DNA of 64,000 nucleotides from Saprospiraceae bacterium. GTDB lineage: Bacteria > Bacteroidota > Bacteroidia > Chitinophagales > Saprospiraceae. Positions 27,531 to 37,625 of the stretch are shown in pieces. Every line of letters starts with the position of its first letter. The first letter of the stretch is position 1. The position numbers were made by a program, and so were the translations under genes. The stretch covers positions 221,467 to 285,466 of the forward strand of contig CBDDLT010000005.1 of assembly GCA_965230755.1 (NCBI GenBank). Direction: 5' to 3'. A model generated the notes under the pieces. It had not been told where the DNA came from. It worked only from the letters and a program-made list of their open reading frames with translations, and searched no databases.

Positions 27531-28406
27531 TTAATTATATCTCCTCCGGATTAACTTAAGAAGAACTCTGGCCTTTTTTAACTTCGATTCATCATTCCAA
27601 TTATACTCCGGAATCACAGTTTCAGCGAGATAATTTTTCGCTTCTTCAAAACTATTCAAACCGTTTAAGTTCTTAATTGTTTTATCAAAGGCCATCGCAT
27701 TTCCTCCAAATAATTCATTAATCGTCAAAACGCGTTCGTTGAGCCCCATGCTACTTCGAATATCCGTAATAGGCGCAGAACTCAATTTCTGTGATAAATC
27801 ACTGATCTCTTCAAAATTAAACAATTCTGCATACTGATTTATGTTTTTGGGTTTGGCCTTGGTCTCTACCGAGGTTTTCTTTTCCACTTTTACCGCTGTT
27901 GAAACCGTATCATCCGCTAATTCTAATTCAAAACTTGGAATATTAAGTTCTTCCTTGACGGGTTCCTCTATTACCGGTTCTTCTAGTACCGGTTCTTCGG
28001 GAATAACAGGACTTTCGTCAACTTTTACCTCTACATCTGCTGCCGGTATTTCAATCTCCTCTACCTTGGCCACTGTTTCTTTTACTTCTTGAACTATTTT
28101 CTCAGCTCTAACACCCTCTGCTTGCTTAGGAGATTTTGGTTGAATAGAACCCACATTGTATTCATACTCTTCTATTTGAATCTCTCCAATATCCTCAATA
28201 TTGCAATCTATATCCGATTTGGACAAATCATCACTTTTCGTCTTACCCCTCATCTCAGACTGAATCATTCCAATCTTCCTGTAAAACTTCCTGGTATACT
28301 CTCTCATTAAATCAAGCTCCAACTGTGACAATTCTTCCTCTTCTTTTAAACTCTCGAACAACTTGTTGATCTTCTTTAAGAATTTTTCCGCTTTCTTTAA
28401 TTTCAT
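27531..28406 (-). CDS. Hypothetical acidic protein with Pro/Glu (EEPV) repeats, immediately upstream of pfkA
   Basis: 291 aa. The central PVIPEEPVLEEPVIEEPVKEE repeat gives the Ser/Thr/Gly-rich shadow ORF 27841-28092 on the opposite strand. Its stop is 7 nt from the pfkA start. Confidence 0.5.
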   Translation of the reverse strand: MKLKKAEKFLKKINKLFESLKEEEELSQLELDLMREYTRKFYRKIGMIQSEMRGKTKSDDLSKSDIDCNIEDIGEIQIEEYEYNVGSIQPKSPKQAEGVRAEKIVQEVKETVAKVEEIEIPAADVEVKVDESPVIPEEPVLEEPVIEEPVKEELNIPSFELELADDTVSTAVKVEKKTSVETKAKPKNINQYAELFNFEEISDLSQKLSSAPITDIRSSMGLNERVLTINELFGGNAMAFDKTIKNLNGLNSFEEAKNYLAETVIPEYNWNDESKLKKARVLLKLIRRRYN

Positions 28407-28734
28407 CTGCTTAAATTTTTTATAATCATTCTACAATGTAGCTATCTCAATATCCCCATAAATTGGAATACTTTCATTTTAAACCGATACCACAACAATT
28501 GAATTGCGGAACACCGAAAAAAATGTGATTTTAATGCAAGAATTCCTGCTATTTATTCGGATTCTAAAGATAGTATTTTGTGTAATCTTAAAGGAATTGT
28601 ATTAGTATTGCATGCACTTTGACAGCGTTTACTTCGAAGAATTAATATTAACTTTAAAAATGTTTTATCTGGGAAGGCTTACTCGCTTGATTCAATTCTG
28701 TTTGTAAATTTTTAATTTAATAATAAAGTCGCTT

Positions 28735-29319
28735 ATGTTTTTAGAACCTCATTTTAAAGCTCAGCGTAGTGGCTGGATTGAGGTCATTTGTGGATCGATG
28801 TTCTCCGGTAAAACAGAGGAGTTAATTCGACGTTTGAAGCGCGCCGGATATGCCAATCAACGTGTGGTTACCTTCAAGCCGGTAATTGACAGGAGATATG
28901 ATGATGAAAAGGTGGTATCCCACGATAAAAACAAGATTTCTTCCTATCCGGTGGAGCACAGTAGCTATATACTCGAACTGTGCGATGAATACGATGTAAT
29001 AGGAGTAGATGAGGCCCAATTTTTTGATATGAAACTCATTGATGTCGCTCAAGAAATTGCACTCCGAGGAAAAAGAATAATCTTAGCTGGCCTGGACATG
29101 GACTATCGAGGTAATCCTTTCGGCCCTATTCCCGGACTTTTATCCGTTGCAGAGTACATAACAAAGGTACATGCCATTTGTCCCCACTGCGGTAATCTAG
29201 CGACTCATTCCTATCGTAAAACCAGCGATGATGCGACCGTACTTGTGGGGTCCGATGAATACGAACCCCGATGTCGCGTTTGCTTTAACATGGGGAATAT
29301 TATTGACTTTACTCCTTGA
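28735..29319 (+). CDS. tdk: Thymidine kinase
   Basis: GWIEVICGSMFSGKTEELIRR (P-loop), VIGVDEAQFF, and a C-terminal zinc ribbon CPHCG...CRVCF. Confidence 0.9.
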   Translation: MFLEPHFKAQRSGWIEVICGSMFSGKTEELIRRLKRAGYANQRVVTFKPVIDRRYDDEKVVSHDKNKISSYPVEHSSYILELCDEYDVIGVDEAQFFDMKLIDVAQEIALRGKRIILAGLDMDYRGNPFGPIPGLLSVAEYITKVHAICPHCGNLATHSYRKTSDDATVLVGSDEYEPRCRVCFNMGNIIDFTP

Positions 29320-31030
29320 TCAGTTTTATTACGATTTGTTGATCTCCTGTATTAATCCTTAAGAAATATTGCCCGATTAAAACATCATCAATTTTCATCT
29401 GGACGATCGAACTATTTAGAAATTCGACTTTTTTCAAGGATCTTCCATGAACATCTACCAAACTCATTTCACCCGTATTATAAACCTCACCAAGATTGAC
29501 TTCAATCAAGTTTTGTGATGGATTGGGATAAAGAAAAATATCCTTTTGTTCTGCTTTACTGAATTCTTCTGCATCAACTATGATCTCATTAAACCTGATC
29601 ATAAACATCTCTTCCGATCCATTGGATTGAACATCATAGTTATCCGGACCTGGATCTAGGTCCATAGTTTCTTGAAACAAGCCTGTAATCAACAGCCCAT
29701 CGTCATCTACAACTATATCACCTAAGTATTCCATGCCGATTCCACCAAAGCTCCTCGCCCAAATTAAATCGCCATTAGAATCCAACTTAAGAAAAAAGAT
29801 GTCCGTCGAACCGTTTGAAACTAAATTGACTACGCCAATTCCAGGATCAATGTCTACAGTATCAGGGAACACGCCAGCAATATAAATATTACCCTCATCA
29901 TCGATGTCAAGTCCATCTGTTGAACTAACCCCGCCAGGGTCACCAAAACTAAGTGCACGGATTAAATCTCCTCTAGGATCTATTTTCAGGACAAAGGTTT
30001 CAGCTCTAGAATAGGAGCCAACTAAAGTAACGGTATCATTTTCAAATGTAAAAGTCGTTGTCCCTAACATATTACCGATAGCAATCAGATTACCATCGGG
30101 TCCTAATTGAATATCGGTAACATCTCCAAGCGGGCCTAAATCAAAACTTCTTTCCCATAAAAGACTGCCTTCAAAATCCAGTTTCTGAATATGTCCCCAA
30201 GCTCCTCCATCTAAATATCTGGAGTCATCCAATAGACCATATGTGTATATATTGCCTTGATCATCAACTTCAAGATCATAAACGATGTCCCATTGTTTCC
30301 ACATACCCCCATGACTTTTGGCCCATAATATCTCGCCATTAGAATCTAACTTTAGGATTAAAGCATCCATTTCACCATCCGATTCGAAATAAAATGAATC
30401 GACGCTATTGTTGAAATAAGTAGAATCGAAAAAACATCCCCCTACATAAATATTGCCATCAGTATCTCCTTCAATGGAATAGGCAAATTCGCCTGAACCA
30501 TCTCCAAATCTCTTTGCCCAGATTAAATCTCCATCAGCATTTAGTTTATGGATATATATATCAGAATGACCTGCGGATGTCAATAATATGGTGTCCGTAC
30601 CATTGATGTATTCCGTTTCCGAGAAAAATAAGCCCGTTGTGTAAATATTCCCCTCTTTATCTATGTTGGTAAAGGATAATGGCCATGGCCTTCCAAGATT
30701 CGTCCCCAATTTCCTAGCCCAAACAAAATCTCCATTTGAATCTAATTTCTGAATGTACAAATCACTATCCCCTGTTTTGGCGTCGAGATTAAAAGTACCT
30801 GGCCCTGGATCAAAGTCTACTTGGGATTTAAAAAATCCAACCGAATAAATATTACCACTTGAATCGGTTGTCATGTCCACAACAGTTTCCTGAAATGTAG
30901 TTAACCAAGGTCCTCCATAATGAAGTCCCCATTCAAAAACAGGCTCTTGAGCAAAAGAAAATAAGTGTATTAGACAAATTAAACATAGAGTAAGTGTTGG
31001 CCTTTTCATAAGCGTATCATTAAGTAACAT
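29309..31030 (-). CDS. Secreted SBBP beta-propeller-repeat protein with T9SS type-A C-terminal domain
   Basis: Signal peptide. Repeated (D/N)GNIY..G.F...V(D/N)FDPG units, which are SBBP-type repeats. The C-terminus IFLYPNPSQNLIEVNL...GQYFLRINTGDQQIVIKLIKE is a Por_Secre_tail. Confidence 0.7.
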   Translation of the reverse strand: MLLNDTLMKRPTLTLCLICLIHLFSFAQEPVFEWGLHYGGPWLTTFQETVVDMTTDSSGNIYSVGFFKSQVDFDPGPGTFNLDAKTGDSDLYIQKLDSNGDFVWARKLGTNLGRPWPLSFTNIDKEGNIYTTGLFFSETEYINGTDTILLTSAGHSDIYIHKLNADGDLIWAKRFGDGSGEFAYSIEGDTDGNIYVGGCFFDSTYFNNSVDSFYFESDGEMDALILKLDSNGEILWAKSHGGMWKQWDIVYDLEVDDQGNIYTYGLLDDSRYLDGGAWGHIQKLDFEGSLLWERSFDLGPLGDVTDIQLGPDGNLIAIGNMLGTTTFTFENDTVTLVGSYSRAETFVLKIDPRGDLIRALSFGDPGGVSSTDGLDIDDEGNIYIAGVFPDTVDIDPGIGVVNLVSNGSTDIFFLKLDSNGDLIWARSFGGIGMEYLGDIVVDDDGLLITGLFQETMDLDPGPDNYDVQSNGSEEMFMIRFNEIIVDAEEFSKAEQKDIFLYPNPSQNLIEVNLGEVYNTGEMSLVDVHGRSLKKVEFLNSSIVQMKIDDVLIGQYFLRINTGDQQIVIKLIKE

Positions 31031-31255
31031 TCTAAAATGGAAATCCGTAAAGTAAAATCTCCTTTGTTCTCAGGTTCTCAGCGTGCAAGTCTTGTTTTTA
31101 TAAAACGTCTCTTACTTAGTAATTGCTGTATTCATTATTTAAATGGGATTAGTTTAATCCTCCGAATGAATATTTGAGATCCATTGTTGGCCGTAAAACC
31201 AGCTCTTTACAAAATAGAATTGAGCACACCTCAATTAGGCGCGCTCAGTTTTGTT

Positions 31256-32746
31256 TTATTCCTCCTCGGACTTCAGCATTTTCCCTTCTATTACATCGCT
31301 GGACTTTGCCAAAAATTCCGGTAATTCTAAACCTGACTGCTTCAAGAACTCAGAAAGTGCCGGTACAGACTTGTAAAGATTATTGACAAAATTGGCTGTG
31401 CTGTCTCCGCTACCTCCGTCGAAAACGGTGATCTGGTCAAACTTCAACTCTTTGATAGCATCCGTTTGTATTTTAGCTAGTTCTGGTAATTTTTCAATCA
31501 GCAACAATCCAATGGCCGCCTGTGCATCTCCACCGGCAGCCTCTACCATTTTCTGGAAACCTTCCGATTGCGCCATCAAGACCTTTCTTAAACCCTCTGC
31601 CTGGGCCTTATACTTGGCCAATTCAGCTTCCGCCTCACCTTCAGCTACCCTAACAGATTCCTGTGCTTTGGCTTCTGCAGCAATAATGGTCTTCTCTTTA
31701 TCGATTTCCTCCTGAACAACCTCGTCTGCTCTTCTAGATGCCAACTCCTTTTCTTTTCGCGCATCCTCCGCTTCCTTTTGAGCTAGATAAGCCTCTTTCT
31801 CCGCTATTGCTTTGGCTGTTTTCTCTGCAATTTCCGCGTCTCGATTCGCCTCGGCTACATTCCTCCTTCTATCGGAATCCGATTGAGCGATCTCTACATC
31901 CGCCAAATTCTTTCCTTTAACTGCTTCAGCTTCCGCCTTCTTCTCCCCTACTTCAGCCTCAGAGTTCGCGTTGGCCACTTCCTGTCTTCGTCTTGCATCT
32001 GCCTTAGAACTTCCGATATCCCCTTTCTCAACTTGTTGAGCCACTTGAATCTTCGCCTCATTAATGGCTTCTGCTGCGGCCTTCTTACCCAAAGCTTCAA
32101 TATATCCGGATTCATCTTGAATATCCGTGACGTTTACGTTGATCAAGGTAAGACCGATCTTGCGCAATTCACTACCCACATTGGTAGTAACATTGGCCAA
32201 AAACTTATCTCTATCTGAATTGATTTCCTCAATATCCATCGTAGCTACTACCAATCTCAATTGTCCAAATATGATATCCTTCGCCAATTCTCTAATTTCA
32301 TTGTGGGATTTACCCAACAATCTTTCGGCAGCATTGACCATATCACTCTCTTGAGTAGAAATACCCACTGTAAATCTGGAAGGCACATTGACCCGAATAT
32401 TTTGTCTACTCAATGCTCCCCTTAAGTCAACATCTATTGATAACGGAGTTAAATCCAGATACTCATAGGCTTGTATAACGGGCCATACAAACGCAGCTCC
32501 ACCGGCATAACACTTTGCCGACCCACTACCTGTCTTTCCATATACCACCAAAATTTTATCCGAAGGACATCGCTTATATCTACTAATGAGAAAAACGATG
32601 GTCATGAAAATTAAAGCCAGCAAAAAGATGATAGGTAGACCAAGTGAAAGCACTTTCGACGCTGCTGATTGGAGCATAATATTCGATCCAAACAAAGAAA
32701 CACTCGATAATACCATTGTTAAAGACATCAAAGTTTTAATTTTCAT
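31256..32746 (-). CDS. Flotillin-like SPFH/band-7 protein (YqiK type)
   Basis: N-terminal TM, then an SPFH domain (RYKRCPSDKILVVYGKTG..., IEALGKKAAAEAINEAKIQVAQQ), then a long Ala/Glu-rich coiled-coil flotillin tail. The true start may be the Met at 32677. Confidence 0.8.
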   Translation of the reverse strand: MKIKTLMSLTMVLSSVSLFGSNIMLQSAASKVLSLGLPIIFLLALIFMTIVFLISRYKRCPSDKILVVYGKTGSGSAKCYAGGAAFVWPVIQAYEYLDLTPLSIDVDLRGALSRQNIRVNVPSRFTVGISTQESDMVNAAERLLGKSHNEIRELAKDIIFGQLRLVVATMDIEEINSDRDKFLANVTTNVGSELRKIGLTLINVNVTDIQDESGYIEALGKKAAAEAINEAKIQVAQQVEKGDIGSSKADARRRQEVANANSEAEVGEKKAEAEAVKGKNLADVEIAQSDSDRRRNVAEANRDAEIAEKTAKAIAEKEAYLAQKEAEDARKEKELASRRADEVVQEEIDKEKTIIAAEAKAQESVRVAEGEAEAELAKYKAQAEGLRKVLMAQSEGFQKMVEAAGGDAQAAIGLLLIEKLPELAKIQTDAIKELKFDQITVFDGGSGDSTANFVNNLYKSVPALSEFLKQSGLELPEFLAKSSDVIEGKMLKSEEE

Positions 32747-32825
32747 AGATTTAAAGTTTTATTGAATTTTTATTCGAACTGCACTTAGCACGGCGCAGTC
32801 ATAATCATTCTTAAATTATCTCAAC

Positions 32826-33368
32826 CTAAGATTTAGGCTGATAAGGTGTAACCACAAGTATCTTATTTTCAGTTTCCACAACCAATACCTCTGCACCCGT
32901 ACCAATAGAAATAGAATCCTTGCTTCTTGCTAATATCTCTCTTTCGACCTTATTGATGGCCACAATTATCTTACCTTCTCCATTTTCGGGAATGGGCACA
33001 TATACACGACCTACTTTACCAATGGCATCCCATAATTTCCAAGAACCATCTTCTTGTTGGCCCAAAAGAAGCCGAAAAATGGAATAGAGAATTAGCACGG
33101 CCACAATCCCTGCACCTATACCAAAAAGAATGGCCAACAACCATGAAAAACTGGAATGCATGGCCAAAGCGCGAATCGTAAGTGAAGCAATACTCGTGAA
33201 AGTAAGTACGGATTTAAGAATTCCCATTGATCCGCCGTCAGCATCCGCATCAAAGTCGATATCGAAATCGCTGCCCAATACAATTGAGCTAAATAACATT
33301 AACAACAAAAGAGAACCAGTAATACCGCCTATCCAAGCCAGTAAATCAATGATGAAATGTACGTCCAT
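32826..33368 (-). CDS. NfeD-like membrane protein (YqiJ type), partner of the flotillin
   Basis: Two TM segments plus a C-terminal OB-fold-like tail GRVYVPIPENGEGKIIVAINKVEREILARS...GAEVLVVETENKILVVTPY. It lies immediately upstream of the flotillin gene on the same strand. Confidence 0.7.
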   Translation of the reverse strand: MDVHFIIDLLAWIGGITGSLLLLMLFSSIVLGSDFDIDFDADADGGSMGILKSVLTFTSIASLTIRALAMHSSFSWLLAILFGIGAGIVAVLILYSIFRLLLGQQEDGSWKLWDAIGKVGRVYVPIPENGEGKIIVAINKVEREILARSKDSISIGTGAEVLVVETENKILVVTPYQPKS

Positions 33369-33430
33369 AATAAAAGGAAAAGAAAATTGGTTCCCTTAAA
33401 ATTACGTAAAAACTACTGATTTAGTTCCCA

Positions 33431-34327
33431 CTAATCAACAAGTACTTTCGAACTATAGGTCTGATTTTCTCCATTCAAGCTCAAATAATACATTCCTTTA
33501 GGGAATAGTCCTAGGGATAACTGTTCTACCTTTTTGTTACCCGTGAAAGTTTTCTTCAAAACCACTTCTCCATTCATGTTTCTCACGACAACTGATGATT
33601 GCGATCCGTTTGAAAAGGGAATTTCCATCTTGATTTCCTGTTGAGTAATTGGATTCGGAAAAATCTTTAATCCACCCGATTCTTTGTAATTGTTTACATC
33701 AACGGTCAGCACTCGAGAGTATTCAAAGCTGCCATCATAATCAACTTGCTTTAACCTATAATAGTAAATTCCCTGGATGACATTCTTATCAATGAATTCA
33801 TAACTTAATTCCTCGTGGGTTGTTCCATTTCCTTGGACCAATTCTATTGTTTTCCAAGTGGACCCGTTCAATGATCGCTGAACTTCGAAATAGTCATTAT
33901 TTATCTCAGAAGCAGTAACCCATTCTAGTTTGGGTAAACCATCTTGTAGAGATACAAGAAATGATTTCATTTCAACCGGAGCCGTAGTGTTTTCGATGAT
34001 CGTGCAATTGTTCCAACAACCACTTCCTCCCGGACAAAGTATATTGCCACAATTTAGTGGTCTGAGTTGAAAAATTCCACCTTCCATATCCGGGCATGGA
34101 AATGAAGTATTATTTTCATAATTCCAAGTAGGAGCTCGTCCACCAATTTGTTCAATCGGTGAACCATCTTTTTCGTAATAAATAGAACAGTCATCACATG
34201 GCGAATTAACCTTGGTGTAGTTTCCGTTGGCCGGAGTATAAAAACAATTCGAAACAGTGATTTTATTCGGAGTTTGAGAATATGTCGACAACGACAATAG
34301 GATGAGCAATACGGTCAAGTATTTCAT
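33431..34327 (-). CDS. Secreted Cys-rich protein with T9SS type-A C-terminal domain
   Basis: Signal peptide, then an N-terminal region with about 12 Cys, then the C-terminus KIFPNPITQQEIKMEIPF...KGMYYLSLNGENQTYSSKVLVD. Confidence 0.6.
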   Translation of the reverse strand: MKYLTVLLILLSLSTYSQTPNKITVSNCFYTPANGNYTKVNSPCDDCSIYYEKDGSPIEQIGGRAPTWNYENNTSFPCPDMEGGIFQLRPLNCGNILCPGGSGCWNNCTIIENTTAPVEMKSFLVSLQDGLPKLEWVTASEINNDYFEVQRSLNGSTWKTIELVQGNGTTHEELSYEFIDKNVIQGIYYYRLKQVDYDGSFEYSRVLTVDVNNYKESGGLKIFPNPITQQEIKMEIPFSNGSQSSVVVRNMNGEVVLKKTFTGNKKVEQLSLGLFPKGMYYLSLNGENQTYSSKVLVD

Positions 34328-34467
34328 AACGTGTTTAATTTTTACATTGATTTTTACAGCGTCAATATAGCTAATAATTATTTTTTATTGTAATTATTAG
34401 ACAACTAAATAAACTGCAAAACAATGCAAAGTCAAAATGAAATACATCACCTGCTTTAAAAATAGAA

Positions 34468-36762
34468 TTATTCCACTATTTCCAATTTAGCAAATTTGAG
34501 CATTATACGTCGCTCAGGATTATCAATGCCATTAAAATATACTGTTGCTACACGCTTGTCATTGACCCCATCAATATGTATGATTTTCCCTTCACCAAAT
34601 TTTGAGTGTCTGACAGTCATACCATTGGCCAACTTTTCAGAAGGACTCGGTTTAAATGAAGAAGCGTCGTACTTCAGGTCATATACCGGCTTCCGTCTTA
34701 CAGGCATTCCCTTAATGGTAGATCGCTGCTGATTACCAATTTTATCAATCCTCTTGAATCCCGAACCGCCAAGGCCCGACGGAAGGTCAATACAGCTTGG
34801 ATCAATCTCATCGAGGAAGCGACTAGGTTGATTGTATCTTACATCTCCAAAGTAGAATCTGTTTTCGGCATAAGTAATGGTCAGATAACGCTTTGCTCTT
34901 GTGATGGCCACATAAAACAACCGTCTCTCCTCATCGATATCTTCTCTAGAATCCAGAGATCTAAAAGAAGGAAACAAGTTCTCTTCCATTCCAACTAGGA
35001 AAATACTCTCGAACTCCAGTCCCTTAGCTGCATGTGTAGACATTAGAGTCACATAATCCGTTGAGCCCTCATCTCCCTCGTCAGCATCCGTTATTAGGGC
35101 GACATTTTGCAGATATACGGACAAAGACCTATCTGTCGATTCATCTCCATCGATAACCTCGTCGTTCTCCACAAAACTCTGGATAGCATCCATCAAGGCG
35201 TTGACATTATCAATTCGACTGATGTTCTCAATAGAATTATCCTCTTTGAGTTTCTCCAAATACTTGGTCTTACGCATCAGTTCAACCGTGGTCTCGTAGG
35301 CATTGCGTTCTTTGTTATAATCAATAAGATCCTTCATTAACTGAAGAAACTTATCTACAGAATTTCTCGCTCTTCCCGATAATGGACATGTTACTGCTGC
35401 CTTTAATATCGGTTTATCTTCAGCGATACCCCAGTCCAAAATCTTGTCAACAGTTGAAGTTCCAATTCCTCTTTTAGGAAGATTGATGACGCGTTTGAAG
35501 GCTTCTACGTCTTTCGGATTGACAATTAATCTCAAATAAGCAATGATATCCTTGATTTCCTTTCTCTGGTAGAAGCTCAATCCTCCATAGATGCGATATG
35601 GAATATTGTAACGGCGCAAGTGCTCCTCAAATACTCTTGACTGAGCATTGGTTCGATATAGAATTGCTATGTCTTTATTGTGAAGATGATTTCGATTCTT
35701 TTGTTCTAGAATAAGATCTGCAACCCTTTTTCCTTCTTCTTTGTCTGTGGTAGTTTTTACCAAATTAATTTTAGAACCCTCTTCCTTATCCGTCCAAATG
35801 ACTTTTTTGAGTTGTTTCTTATTGTGCTCAATGACCGAATTGGCCGCTTTAACGATATATGGTGTAGATCGATAGTTTTGCTCTAATTTGAAAGTTTGTA
35901 CCTCTTTAAAGTCCTTTGAAAAATCGAGAATGTTATCAATTGTGGCTCCTCTAAAAGCATATATACTTTGTGCATCATCTCCTACAATACATATATTTTG
36001 TTTACTTCCGGGATATTCGACCAACTTCCTAATGATCGAATACTGCAAATAATTGGTATCCTGAAACTCGTCAACCAGTAAATGGCTAAACTTCTGTTGA
36101 TACTTTTTCAGAACATCCTCGTGTCGATCAAACAAGCGATAGGTCTGAAATAATAGATCATCAAAATCCATTGCCCCTGCACTCAAACACCTCTTCTCAT
36201 ACTGCTTGTAAATTTCTGCCATATAGGGCATTCTGTTTTTCCGGTCCTGTTCGATCAACTCCACATTATTGATATAATTAGTTGCGGATACCAGATTGCT
36301 CTTGAAGGAAGATATTCTATTTCGAATGGCATTAGGATGATAAACTTTCTTGTCCAGCCTCATCTCCTCCAAAATCCGTTTGATCAGGCTTTTACTATCA
36401 TCGGTATCGTAGATCGTAAAACTCTTGGGAAATCCAATGGCTTCTGCTTCGTACCTCAGAATTCTCGCAAAAATGGAGTGAAAAGTACCCGCCCAAACAT
36501 AATTGGCTTTTTCACCCACCACTTTTTCGATCCTCTCTTTCATTTCCCTCGCGGCCTTATTGGTAAAAGTCAGTGTCAGAATCTGCCAGGGATTTATGCC
36601 GCTATTGATCAAATGCGCAATACGGTAGGTCAAAACTCTGGTTTTTCCCGATCCGGGGCCCGCAATGACCATAACCGGCCCATCGATAGTCGTAACCGCC
36701 TGACGTTGTACCTCATTGAGTTCGTTCAGATAGGATTGGCTCGAATTATTGTTTACTTCCAT
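34468..36762 (-). CDS. pcrA: ATP-dependent DNA helicase, UvrD/PcrA/Rep family
   Basis: LNEVQRQAV...GPVMVIAGPGSGKTRVLTYRIAHL, TFTNKAAREMKER, LLVDEFQDTN, VGDDAQSIYAFRGA, plus the C-terminal UvrD_C region. Confidence 0.85.
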   Translation of the reverse strand: MEVNNNSSQSYLNELNEVQRQAVTTIDGPVMVIAGPGSGKTRVLTYRIAHLINSGINPWQILTLTFTNKAAREMKERIEKVVGEKANYVWAGTFHSIFARILRYEAEAIGFPKSFTIYDTDDSKSLIKRILEEMRLDKKVYHPNAIRNRISSFKSNLVSATNYINNVELIEQDRKNRMPYMAEIYKQYEKRCLSAGAMDFDDLLFQTYRLFDRHEDVLKKYQQKFSHLLVDEFQDTNYLQYSIIRKLVEYPGSKQNICIVGDDAQSIYAFRGATIDNILDFSKDFKEVQTFKLEQNYRSTPYIVKAANSVIEHNKKQLKKVIWTDKEEGSKINLVKTTTDKEEGKRVADLILEQKNRNHLHNKDIAILYRTNAQSRVFEEHLRRYNIPYRIYGGLSFYQRKEIKDIIAYLRLIVNPKDVEAFKRVINLPKRGIGTSTVDKILDWGIAEDKPILKAAVTCPLSGRARNSVDKFLQLMKDLIDYNKERNAYETTVELMRKTKYLEKLKEDNSIENISRIDNVNALMDAIQSFVENDEVIDGDESTDRSLSVYLQNVALITDADEGDEGSTDYVTLMSTHAAKGLEFESIFLVGMEENLFPSFRSLDSREDIDEERRLFYVAITRAKRYLTITYAENRFYFGDVRYNQPSRFLDEIDPSCIDLPSGLGGSGFKRIDKIGNQQRSTIKGMPVRRKPVYDLKYDASSFKPSPSEKLANGMTVRHSKFGEGKIIHIDGVNDKRVATVYFNGIDNPERRIMLKFAKLEIVE

Positions 36763-37103
36763 TACTCGTTCTTCAATTCATCCCAAAATTCAATCGCCCT
36801 TCTCGTATGAGGGATGCAGATAGATCCTCCCACCATATTTCCAATGGCCATAATTTCCATTAATTCCGCCTCATTCATCCCTGCTTTATGCGATTGCTCT
36901 ACATGGTATTTAATACAATCATCGCATCTCAAAACCAGGGAGGCCACTAAACCCATCATTTCCTTGGTTTTTACATCTAAAGCCCCTTCCTGATAGCACT
37001 GATGGTCAAGGCTAAAAAAACGCTTGATCATTTTATTATCTGTCGATAATATTCGATCGTTCATTTTCTCTCTATATGCTCTAAACTCTTTAAGTGAAGA
37101 CAT
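36762..37103 (-). CDS. Carboxymuconolactone decarboxylase (AhpD-like) family protein
   Basis: ALDVKTKEMMGLVASLVLRCDDCIKYHVEQSHKAGMNEAEL is the CMD core with the CxxxH motif. Confidence 0.7.
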   Translation of the reverse strand: MSSLKEFRAYREKMNDRILSTDNKMIKRFFSLDHQCYQEGALDVKTKEMMGLVASLVLRCDDCIKYHVEQSHKAGMNEAELMEIMAIGNMVGGSICIPHTRRAIEFWDELKNE

Positions 37104-37108
37104 TTTTA

Positions 37109-37597
37109 TTATTTTTTATTGATTTGCAACCACAGAAGCCGCATGAAATTGAATCCAACCAATACCGAACTAATAATAGATAAAATTCCCAGAAATAGAT
37201 ATTCTTTTTGAACATAATTAGCGAGCCAGTCCTGGCGTGCATATTTTAAATACGACAAGTCATCATAGACCATATTTCTATCCGTGTAAAAGTTAAATTC
37301 TGCGATGACATTGTACTGATAAAAAAACAAAAGCGGAAGAATAAGGATGAATATTATTTTCCCCCATTTACTCCTAGCCAGTAGACTTAATCGCGGAAAG
37401 AACAATTGATATATCATCAGACCACAAAGAAATACAAATATGGCATTGGATATCAAAAAGGGAAATTTCGGGTACTCAGTAATGACTGGAAATAGAATAA
37501 AAGCTCCAATGACCAGTACAAATATCAGATAGAAGATAATCAGTTTCCTCTCCCACCCCTTTTCTTCTTTATCATAATTTTTACTCACTCCACTCAC
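37109..37597 (-). CDS. Hypothetical integral membrane protein (4 predicted TM helices)
   Basis: Hydrophobic ORF in the same operon as the CMD protein and the helicase. Confidence 0.4.
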   Translation of the reverse strand: MSGVSKNYDKEEKGWERKLIIFYLIFVLVIGAFILFPVITEYPKFPFLISNAIFVFLCGLMIYQLFFPRLSLLARSKWGKIIFILILPLLFFYQYNVIAEFNFYTDRNMVYDDLSYLKYARQDWLANYVQKEYLFLGILSIISSVLVGFNFMRLLWLQINKK

Positions 37598-37625
37598 ATT
37601 TTACACTCCAGAAAAAAGAAGCCTA

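Noticed and set aside
31383-32354. Plus-strand ORFs antisense to the flotillin gene (31383-31715, 31883-32218, 32127-32354)
   Set aside because: Shadow ORFs of the Ala/Glu-rich coiled-coil region, with Ser/Leu-rich low-complexity products.
36337-36810. 157-aa plus-strand ORF overlapping the helicase and CMD genes
   Set aside because: Antisense shadow ORF inside the UvrD/PcrA gene.
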